Shown piece after piece: positions 16,603 to 27,679 of a stretch of DNA of 64,000 nt. Position numbers and translations under genes: made by a program. How positions within the stretch are numbered: the first letter of the stretch is position 1; each line of letters begins with the position of its first letter. Below the pieces are notes generated by a model. It ran no database searches. It was not told the DNA's origin and worked only from the letters and a program-made list of their open reading frames with translations. Origin of the DNA: Octopus vulgaris. Taxonomy: Eukaryota. The DNA lies in contig OX597819.1 of the NCBI GenBank assembly GCA_951406725.2, positions 2,480,001-2,544,000 of the forward strand. The letters are read 5' to 3'.

Positions 16603-16720
16603 TACAGGGTAAAAGTTTTTCAATTTTCTCCTGGTTTACGGAATTAATGTTATTTTGCGGTTAAAGCTTTTGGCTGTTATTTCTAGTGGGTGAATGGCCT
16701 ATTATGGCCGTTCCTTGATT

Positions 16721-16777
<57 letters not shown>

Positions 16778-16920
16778 GAAGCTGGAAATGATGTGTAGCT
16801 ACACAACTGAAAACTGATAAAACGTCTTCTTTATGTTGTCCTGTTTTCCATTTCTTTCTCTCGTTTGCGTATACATGTATACATATATATAATATGTATA
16901 TATATATATATGTGTGTGTA

Positions 16921-17165
16921 TTGGTTGTGTGCATAATTATTGCGCTTTTTGTCAAGAAATCTTATTCAACAAAAAGAACATGTAACAAAATCACCTTTAA
17001 ATGATAATTCCGGAATATATTCACCATCTCCATCAATCACTGCTCCCCATTTGCATGGCAAACAGCCAGACCGACATTTAAATTTGTTTTCATAAAATAA
17101 TATCTTTTGTAGAATAAAATTTGTTTAAAAAAAGCTGCAATAATTAATAATTAAGCACCAACTAT
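16921..17165. mobile_element. mariner-derived MITE, copy 3
   Basis: Same TIRs and internal sequence as 12196-12445. Confidence 0.82.
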
Positions 17166-17178
17166 ATATATATATAAA

Positions 17179-17271
<93 letters not shown>

Positions 17272-17369
17272 ACATTTTGGTATATATATATATATTATAT
17301 GCGTATGTATATATATATGTATATATATGTATATATATATGCGTATGTATATATATATATATATGTATA

Positions 17370-17403
<34 letters not shown>

Positions 17404-17487
17404 CTTCTGTGTATATTTATAGGCATATTTATATGTATATATATGAATATAGAAAAGTATATATTTTTGTATATGTATATAAGTATG

Positions 17488-17982
17488 TATTTTTTTAGTG
17501 TTTACAAATAACACGGAAAATTAAATACCAGGGTAGCAAGAATTGTCAGAAGAATGTAGCATCATACTTATCAAGGTAGAAGCACTAGGTTTAAGAGAAA
17601 AGTTTTGGCATAATATCGATAAATAAATGCATGTAGTTAAACGCAGGTGTTACTTAAGTCGTTTTACTTCCGACACATGTTTCGAAGAATACATTGGTAT
17701 TATTCAAGACTTAACAAATATTTTGGAAAAAATTCGATCTTCTCATCAGAGAAAGAAAAAAACGAAACCTAAAAAAACTTGCTAGCGTTTCCTTCATCTT
17801 CTACGCAGTGATCACATTCATTCAAAATATCTTCTTGACTTCTTTGGTTACTTTCCTTCCCTAATGAGAAGATTACATTGTTCTACACGATTTAATTCCT
17901 TTCTGAAATAATACCAAATTTCTCTTTTAAGCATACATCGGAAGTAAAAAGAATTAAATGACACATGCATTTAACATCAACT

Positions 17983-17985
<3 letters not shown>
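17488..17985. mobile_element. Non-autonomous element with two divergent hammerhead motifs, copy B
   Basis: Colinear with 12703-13205 and flanked by TA-rich repeats. The plus-strand HHR at 17856-17945 is degenerate (CUAAUGA, GAAA lost). Confidence 0.75.
17667..17754 (-). ncRNA. Type I hammerhead ribozyme, canonical core
   Basis: Minus strand reads tttct CTGATGA GAAGA...TCTTC GAAA C ATGT GTC ggaag. Confidence 0.8.
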
Positions 17986-18053
<68 letters not shown>

Positions 18054-18256
18054 CATATATACATATGTATATATATATATATATGCATGTTTTTCTATAT
18101 AAGTAAATCATGAAAAACACTTAAACTGTGGAAAAATTAAAATATTTCCATAGTTTTCAAATGCAAGGGGTATCCCCACCTTACTTTTTAGTCTCTCTTT
18201 TTCTCCTTTGTATACTCATGTGAAATCTAGGACGTAGGCAGCCGGTATTTATATAA

Positions 18257-18486
18257 GGCGGCGAGCTGGCAGAAACGTTAGCACGCCGGGCAAAATGCTT
18301 AGCGGTATTTCGTCTGCGTTACGTTGTGAGTTCAAATTCCGCCGAGGTCGACTTTGCCTTTCATCCTTTCGGGGTCGATAAATTAAGTACCAGTTACGCA
18401 CTGGGGTCGATGTAATCGACTTAATACCTATGTCTGTCCTTGTTTGTCCGCTCTGTGTTTAGCTCCTTGTGGGTAATAAAGAAATA
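18257..18486 (+). mobile_element. Full-length tRNA-derived SINE with apparent 12-bp TSD
   Basis: A box tggcagaaacg, B box gagttcaaattcc, core gcctttcatcctttcggggtcgataaattaagtaccag (resembles the Nin/Deu SINE domain). ggtatttatata occurs at 18244-18255 and 18487-18498. Confidence 0.9.
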
Positions 18487-18510
18487 GGTATTTATATATG
18501 TATGCATATA

Positions 18511-18586
<76 letters not shown>

Positions 18587-18736
18587 AATATATGCATGTA
18601 TGTATGTATATATATATGTGCATGTATGTATATATATATATGCATGTATACATGTATTTATATATATATGTATATATGTATGTATATATATACATGTATA
18701 TATATGTGTGTGTGTATATATGCATGTATATGTATG

Positions 18737-18778
<42 letters not shown>

Positions 18779-18806
18779 TGTATATATATATGTATATATA
18801 TATATG

Positions 18807-18887
<81 letters not shown>

Positions 18888-18891
<4 letters not shown>

Positions 18892-19114
18892 AAACAAGTC
18901 AAAAATAGAAAATGCTAAGATAATTTTATAGTGAATCTTTCAGTACCGGTTTCGGTCATTTTGAGACCTTTTCAACTGTAACGATTAAATAATTAAATTT
19001 AGAAAAATTAGAAGAAAAGTTTTTTTAAAAGAATATTTCTGTAGTAGTGTTCAGATATAAGTAGCATTCTGCCTTTCTCTGACTCCCTTGTTTGCACTTG
19101 TGTGTTCGAGGTCG
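18888..19114 (-). mobile_element. Short HHR-bearing element (same family as 53171-53447) between (TA)n tracts
   Basis: gaaaaaacaagtcaaaaatagaaaatgctaagataattttata...tttagaaaaattagaagaa matches 53175-53298. Confidence 0.8.
18941..18978 (-). ncRNA. Minimal type I hammerhead ribozyme with U3-A8 covariant core
   Basis: Minus strand reads cag TTGAAAA GGTC tcaaaat GACC GAAA CCGG TA ctg. Palindromic helix III ACCGGT, GUA site. Confidence 0.82.
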
Positions 19115-19126
19115 TATATATATATA

Positions 19127-20325
19127 CAGGAGTTGAACAAAATAATGGAAACACCTTACAATTTCAAGCAACTTTATATTAGTATGGGCTAGGCCCGCTT
19201 TTGGCAGTAATTACAGCTTGAATTTTACGAAGTATAGACTCGTACAAAGTTTGAATTGTTTCCATAGGAATTTTTGTCCATGCTTCTGTTAAAACAGTCT
19301 CCTCCAGTTCTGATGATGGTGGAGGATATCGACTCCTTACTTGTTTTTCTTAAATGCACCATAAATGTTCAATAATATTGAGATCCGGGGACTGTGGTGC
19401 CCAGATAAGGTGTTCAACTTCACTATAATGTTTCTCGTGCCATTCAGTAACAACTTTAGCTGTGTGAATTGGTGCATTATCATCCTGAAAGATTGCGTTT
19501 CCCTCCGAAAACATTTCCGCAACCATAGGATGAATTTGATCAGATAAAATGCTTAAATATTCTTGACTATTAATTCTGCCATAAAGGGAATCTATAAGTC
19601 CAGAGGATTTTCAAGATATAGCCCCCACCCAGATCATCACAGATCGTCCTCCATGTGTAACAGTTGGAAGAAGGCAGTCTGGGTCAAATGCTTCTTTTGG
19701 CTGTCTCTACACGTATACTCGGCCGGTAGTGGGAAATAATGTACAAGATGACTCGTCCGAGAAAATAGCATTCTTCCACTGCTCTAGAGACCAATTCTGT
19801 AGGATTTTACTCCACTCTAAATGCTTTGCAACGTTTGTTTTTGAAAGTAATGTTTTTTTATTGCAGCCCTCCCGTGGAACCTGGCTTTGCGCAGGTGGTC
19901 ATTAAGATCTGCAGTAATTTTGAAGCTGTACTCTTGCAATACTTTCTAACATTCCGCAAAAGAGTCTAACTGTCCCGATCTGAAAATTTTGGTTTTCTTC
20001 TGGAGTTTTGTTTCGACAAGGAGGTTTTCCCTCTTTCTCAAAGGCTATCATTACTTTCAAGACAGTACTTCTTGATACACCAAACATTTCGGTTGCTTTT
20101 GCTACGCTTGTGCCTGCTATACGAGAACCTACAATTTAACCTCTTTGAAAGTACGATAGATCTGTCATTTTAATGAATTTCAATTACATTTTTCGGATGA
20201 TATCTGAAAAGAAACAGCAATTTTAGCAAAAACATATTAAGCAACACTAATAGTAAATCAAAAAACAAAAATAAACAAGCTTTTGACCGTTTTATAGACG
20301 ATTCCATTATTTTGTCCAACCCCTG
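19127..20325 (-). mobile_element. Near full-length Tc1-like DNA transposon with disrupted transposase (19179-20168)
   Basis: TIRs caggagttgaacaaaataatggaa / ttccattattttgtccaacccctg. Transposase fragments MTDLSYFQRG*IVG..., FSDES, QDDNAP and QSPDLNIIEHLW (DD34E type). Confidence 0.92.
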
Positions 20326-20449
20326 AGTATATACATGTACACACACACACACAGACACATACACACACACACACATACATATATATTTTTAAAATCCTAT
20401 TTAAAAATAGGATAAAAACTTTATAAGAATTTATCAAGTAGTTAGCGTG

Positions 20450-20503
<54 letters not shown>

Positions 20504-20591
20504 ATCTGTATATGTACATTATATATATATATGTATTTATATATGTATGTATATATATATATTTATGTATGTATATATATATATATATGTG

Positions 20592-20631
<40 letters not shown>

Positions 20632-20724
20632 TGTACATATATTTATGTATGTATATATATGTATGTATGTATATATGCATGCATGTATACATGTATGTAT
20701 GTATATATATGTATGTATATAGAT

Positions 20725-21000
20725 AATCCAAACATGAACAAAGAGAAAACGCAACAACGCGAGGACATGGAATAAGTATAGTGTTATTGGACGCTCAGAA
20801 AAGGAAAGAAAGAAGTAGGATCTCACGTTTCGAGCAGAGCTCTTCGTCAGAAATATAGAAAAAAAGGAAAAGTCCTAAGAAGGGAAGACAGAGAAAGAAA
20901 ATCGTCAGCGATACTTACGCGCGGTCTCATATTCAACTGACCGGAAGGGAATAGGTGAAGAAAAAGTTCTTTCAAAGATAGGAGAGTGCAAGAGAAGGAA
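20725..21000 (-). mobile_element. PLE pLTR-like fragment with minimal HHR at 20820-20854
   Basis: Minus strand reads attt CTGACGA A GAGC tct GCTC GAAA C GT G agat. The cleavage triplet is GUG, which breaks the NUH rule. Confidence 0.7.
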
Positions 21001-21649
21001 GTATGTGTGTAATGCGTATACATATAAATATATATATATATACCTACATATATACATACATACACACATATACATATATAAAACAAACTATCGAACGATA
21101 TTGATATCACTTTTATTATCCGATTACGATTGTTTTAATAGCAGATGTGAAGTATGAATGTTTGTATGTACTTATATATGTATATATGCAAAATACACAC
21201 ACACACTCACACACACATACACACACACACATAAATACATACACGCACACACGCTGCAATCATAGATGAGTGGCTATAGTTTCAATGTAACTTAAGGAAG
21301 GTTTTCTACCATAGCCGTCGGCACGTCAATGAACTCTGTAGATAGAAACTTTATTCAAGCATGTCTATTATGTATGTTTAATACGTGTTTGTGCTTTGGT
21401 GTGTGTGATTGTTTACAAAGAAATAAATACAAACGTTTTTTTTATATGTGCATCTTTTTATTACCCCTACACCATTTGACAACTTTTGTCTATTTACTTT
21501 GCTCTGAGTTTGCAGCTCGGCAAAACTAAGTAATTTACTTCGAGAACTCCTTCCTTCGATTTCTGCAAGTGAAAACTTATCAGGACGTATTACCGGCATC
21601 ATAACGTTAGTGTATATATAACATAATATATAATATATAATATATAATA

Positions 21650-21657
<8 letters not shown>

Positions 21658-21702
<45 letters not shown>
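21658..21702. repeat. (TAA)n microsatellite
   Basis: Visible run. Confidence 0.95.
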
Positions 21703-21703
<1 letters not shown>

Positions 21704-21904
21704 TTGGGGGACCATCATAGCCGTGTGCGCACATATGGTTGTGATGCATGTGCCTGGTGCACCCTTATCAGATAGGTAGTCATGATGGGTATACTGGGCT
21801 TCATATATTTTACCCCAGTGTCACTTTGATGGTATGCACTGCTCTCTCACACAATAATGATAGTATTAGGGAGTATTGTTCTATTTATTTAAGCCACGTT
21901 TTCA

Positions 21905-22695
<791 letters not shown>

Positions 22696-22977
22696 TGTTA
22701 TTGCTTTGTAATATTGTTTGTAACGTAAAATATTAGAGTATAGCTAGTGAAAAGATATTCAATAGTTTGTTAATGTTATTCTCAAAGCTAAAATATATCT
22801 TCACAGATAAATACATTTTTCTCTCTATTTACTCTATTTTTTACCTGGTCTTACTTTTTAAGTTTTAAATTTAGTTAACGGAGTTTCTTCTATAAGAACA
22901 ATCATGATTTTAATTCTTTAAGAAATACTGTTTAATTCTATTTGATTATTTATTTAACTATTATTGTTACTATTGTT

Positions 22978-23079
22978 GACCTGAGGAGTGACTATGCTTT
23001 TAAATTGAATTGTTTTTCTATTAAATTTAAATTTAATTGTAATTCGATTTGAAGTTATAGCCACGAAACGTACGTTGTC
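22978..23079 (+). ncRNA. Type I hammerhead ribozyme with long AU-rich helix II
   Basis: gac CTGAGGA GTGACTAT...ATAGCCAC GAAA CGTACG TT gtc. Palindromic helix III ACGTACGT, GUU site. Confidence 0.8.
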
Positions 23080-23287
23080 CTTTTGCTTATTATATATTGT
23101 TTGTTCATTTTTTGTACTTTTTGTGATCTAGTTATATGTTTTATAATATATTTTATTTTTTCTTTATGATTTGGTTTATGTCTATCATTGTTTGAATTAC
23201 ATAATAGTGGTTTTTTCTCTAATTTATATATATATATATTTACTCACGCACGCATACATATCTACAAATGTTAAACACTTTGGTCAA

Positions 23288-23457
23288 ACAGTTAATCGTT
23301 CAAATGTTCAGTATTGCTACCGTTGTCATTTCTTTTTTTGAAAGAAATGGAAGTAGAGAGACATGTCATTGAAGAGATTGCAGCAATGCGTTGAAATAAT
23401 TATTTGACAAAAAACAAAGAAATGACAACAATACTGAACATTTGAACGATTAACTAT
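23288..23457. repeat. ~50-bp imperfect inverted repeat whose spacer holds an HHR motif
   Basis: agttaatcgttcaaatgttcagtattg..ttgtcatttcttt / aaagaaatgacaacaatactgaacatttgaacgattaact. Confidence 0.85.
23364..23409 (+). ncRNA. Type I hammerhead-like motif, probably degenerate
   Basis: tgtca TTGAAGA GAttgcagcaatgcgTT GAAA TAATTA TT tgaca. Helix I is 5 bp and helix III is the palindrome ATAATTAT. U3.G8 core and weak helix II. Confidence 0.6.
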
Positions 23458-23669
23458 TTTTAGCATATGAGTTTGAAAAACTGGTAAAAAACGGTTGATC
23501 GATAAATTGGTAAATGGAGTAACTAACCCATTAACTAGCAATAACAATAAAGGACCGAACCAGTGCACGTGTTTATTATTGCCGGCATAATGCCCCTCCC
23601 AAGGTTCAGTAGTATTTCTTTCAACACACGAATTCACATCAAGAATCTTGCAAACCAAATTCAAATAAG

Positions 23670-23741
<72 letters not shown>

Positions 23742-24082
23742 TTTACTGGAAACGTTTTGAACGTGCAAATAAACCTCAAGTTCGATTATGGCGGTCACAG
23801 TCTAATGATGCTGACTGGTGAACCAGTTTTCTGAGGTCGCATCCAGCTGTCAACATTCATATTGGTCAAAAGGGATAAGCATCCCTCTGTTGTACATTCA
23901 TTAATGTTATATCACCAGAAGAAATGAACCCATGAAGATGATCAACCCAATGTCCACAGAGCGTACGGTCTACACTGTAATCATCCCAAGAATACGGACT
24001 GTGATCATAAGGGACATGTGACTTGTGAAAACGAGCGTAGCGATGCATCCATTGTTTATAAATTTCATCCAAGGATTATTGT

Positions 24083-24118
<36 letters not shown>

Positions 24119-24133
24119 GTGTGTGTATGTATG

Positions 24134-24168
<35 letters not shown>

Positions 24169-24429
24169 ATGCGTGTATGTATGTATGTATGTATGTATGT
24201 ATGTATGTATGTATGTACGTATGCATGTATGTATGTATGATGGACTCTGCTGTCGGTTTCGCCGTATGAGGATCCGACAACATAGACTTTCTTTGTCAGT
24301 CATAATGTTTGTACCGAATGTGACATTTGAGTCTCGCCAACGATTAGTAAAGAAACTTTCAGATATTGCAAGTATGAGAATTACGGGTCAGTGGAGGTGG
24401 TATATTTGCAGTCGCTGTTCTTTATCTTG

Positions 24430-24790
24430 CGCCCCTAAGCCTGTTAATGCTGATTGAACAAAGTCTCCTATAACCACGACGACCTCCAAAGCCCAAAGAT
24501 GTTGTGAGCTATATTGACTGATCAGAGGTTATTCTTTAGCATGCCCTTATATCTAAACCATGGTCGACCAATTTTCCTGTGCCCACTATCAATCTGGCTG
24601 TACATATGGACTTTGGGTATTCTTTTGTCACTCATTCTGACGACATGGCCAACTCAGCGCAATTGCGACTACATACAGAAGCTCTTGATTCCACCAATTT
24701 TACACTTGCTAAACAGGTGGACATTAGACACTCTGTCTTTTAGTGGATAACCGCAGATTGTCCCGAGACAGCCTCTGTGGAAGACACGTG
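24430..24790 (-). mobile_element. RTE-clade LINE 3' ORF fragment
   Basis: Minus strand reads GHVVRMSDKRIPKVHMYSQID..HRKIGRPWFRYK, a typical RTE C-terminus. Confidence 0.75.
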
Positions 24791-24810
24791 TCGTTGGTTA
24801 ATGTGCCACC

Positions 24811-24841
<31 letters not shown>

Positions 24842-25442
24842 ATCAGTGATGATATCAAATGTTTTTGTTTTGTTTTTTTAATATTTTTTTTGAAAAGTCA
24901 AAACAATACAAGTTCACAAAACTAAATTTCCCAAGGTTTACTGAAGATAAGGCCCTAACCCGCGAAATATCGAAATACAAGACAAAAGTATAAGAAATCT
25001 TAGTTCTTATTAGTAGCATTGTTTTGGATTTTCAAAAATATGAGAAGTAGTTCTTTATACCAGACAAGGCTTCATCTAAAATTACTACTCAATTATATAT
25101 AATATATATGTAAATAAGTATTAAGGAACATTTCTTGATACAGTCACAATATTTGAAAAGGACTTTAAATTATAAATTATTATGTATAATACAAAATTAT
25201 TAAGAAAAGCAGATTAATACCAACCAGGTCTCAATTTACCGGCTTTTCTTTATATATATATATATACATTTGTGTATGTATACGTAAGTTGCCTCTGTGT
25301 CTCTGTGTGTATGTGTGTTTGTATGCACATACATAAATACATAAAGATAATATATAAATGGCAATATATATAAATATATATTTATGTATATGCGTAATAT
25401 ATATTTGTTCGTTTGTGTGTACGTAAATATTAACATGTCTTT

Positions 25443-25485
<43 letters not shown>

Positions 25486-25490
25486 TATAT

Positions 25491-25558
<68 letters not shown>

Positions 25559-25570
25559 TATATTATATAT

Positions 25571-25619
<49 letters not shown>

Positions 25620-25777
25620 TATATTATATATATATATATATGTATGTATATGTCTATACACACATATGTACATATATTTATATCATATATACACATGCAC
25701 ATATATGCATATGCGTACATATGTAACTGTGCGTTTATATGCATATGCGTCTGTGTTCACCCTTATATATATATATG

Positions 25778-25823
<46 letters not shown>

Positions 25824-26176
25824 CATACACATGTAAATATACGTATGTATATGTTTTTCTGCATGTATTTGATGAGAAATTTTGAAAGAAGAAAATATTG
25901 AAAAACCACAGTAGCTATATAGATAGCTGAATATACGCACATAATATGCATATTTGTATAAATGGCTGCCTTTCCAGCGAATAAAATAAAAGTTTTTTAA
26001 TCTGTTTCAAAGCGTATTGTTATTTCATTTTTACTTTTCCTAAATTTAATATCTTCTCTAAATATGACTATCGATTACTTTGTTAATATCTTCGAACGTC
26101 ATTCAATTTCATTTGCCCTTCTCTCAGTGGAATGGAATTGACACTGCAATGCTGAAAAATTCATCATGAACTGTAA

Positions 26177-26283
26177 CTAAATAAATATTTCATGATACAT
26201 ATATCGAGGAAGCAGAAATATTTGCGGACTTAGATCACGAACATTACACACCATGAGTTCAATATCTTTCACATCCTCAAGAG
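26177..26283 (-). ncRNA. Possible degenerate hammerhead motif with long helix II
   Basis: Minus strand reads ctc TTGAGGA T GTGA..atattga.....tcgatat..TCAT GAAA TATTTA TT tag. Helix I is mismatched. Confidence 0.3.
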
Positions 26284-26406
26284 AAAAAGCTAAGAACGAG
26301 AAGCAAGTTATTTCACATTCATATATATATATATATATATATGGATTTAAAAATTTAGCATTTAAAACATATAAATGCGTTTTATACACACACACTTACA
26401 TATATA

Positions 26407-27397
26407 TTGAGTCATCCCATAAATAATGCAGTTTTTTATATTTTATTTTTCAAAATTAAGATAAACAAAGTTCTTTCTTCATCTAAAATATACTTTCCTT
26501 CATTTCCTACAATGCTCTTCCATCTATTTGGTAGACTCACAAGGCCCCTCTTCCAAAATACACGAAAAATACTCCTCCAGTACTGTTCTAACCTCGTCTA
26601 CAGAATTCATATTTTTTCCGTCAAAATGATTTTGAAGACTATACCTTTGAAGTGGACTAAACGTTTCATATCCCACCAAACAAAAACCGCCTTACGTGTA
26701 TAAAGACCTTCTTTAGCCCGGGGTGCTGGTGTTTCTCTTTTACCTACCCACTGTCTTCGGCGCTTGACATTTTTATAGAGAACCCATTTCTTATCACTAG
26801 TCATTATTCGGTTCAAAAAAGGTTATTCGTGAGACGTGACAGCAAAGAAGAGCACACATTCACTCTCTGCGCACGATCAGACTCATAAAGTTGGTGAGGA
26901 ACCTATTGACCCAATTTGCTGACTTTTCCGGTGGCACGTAGCTGTCGATGAATGGTTGAATGACCAAATCCAAGCTTCTCAGTTACGATGGGATTTTGTT
27001 CCACCTGGGTTTGCAGGACATCCTCATCGAGATCTTCCAGAATGAGGGTCATCTTCTAGGCTGCAGTTTCCGGCTCGGAATTTCTGGAACCACCGTTGAC
27101 ACTAGCTTTCGCTTATTATCCGATCCCCATATGCTGCATTAATATTCCTCGCACTTTCCGTTACGCTGTTGCCTTTATTGAACTCAGAAAGCAAAATATA
27201 CCGAATATGCTCCTTTGTCACTTCCATTATAGCTTTGAAAAAGTAACTGTTAAAATTGAACAGCACTCTTCAAAACTTGCGCTAAGAATAAGGAAAAGTT
27301 AAAATTACTACCTGCTTTTATAGCAAGTTGATACAGGCAGTTCATCCCCCCCCCCCCGACTTTTAGCTCATGTAATTGGAAAAACCACATTATCCAA
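26407..27397 (-). mobile_element. Internally deleted mariner transposon
   Basis: RIMTSDKKWVLYKN (TGDEKW-like), N-terminal EHIRYILLSEFNKG, imperfect ends (ataatgcagttttt / aaaaaccacattat) and TA flanks. Confidence 0.85.
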
Positions 27398-27679
27398 TAT
27401 ATATAGATACAGATATATATACATATACACATACATACGTTCACACACAGGAAAACCTTGATTTAATGTACTGGGTAATACATTTATTTCTGTCGAAAGT
27501 ACATTAAATTGAAGCTAACTTACAATAAATGTTTCAATTATTTCCATGTGAAAAAAAAGTTGATTTAATACTATGAACGAATCGTAAAATGTAAAATTAT
27601 TTTATTATAATAAAGATTACGTAATTTTTACATGTCTGTTTCACTGTGTAGTTGAAGAGTATTTTGTCACGTGTGTATA

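Noticed and set aside
24935-24985. Hammerhead candidate ctgaagata...tatcgaaatac
   Set aside because: Helices I and III cannot be paired and there is no NUH site in register.
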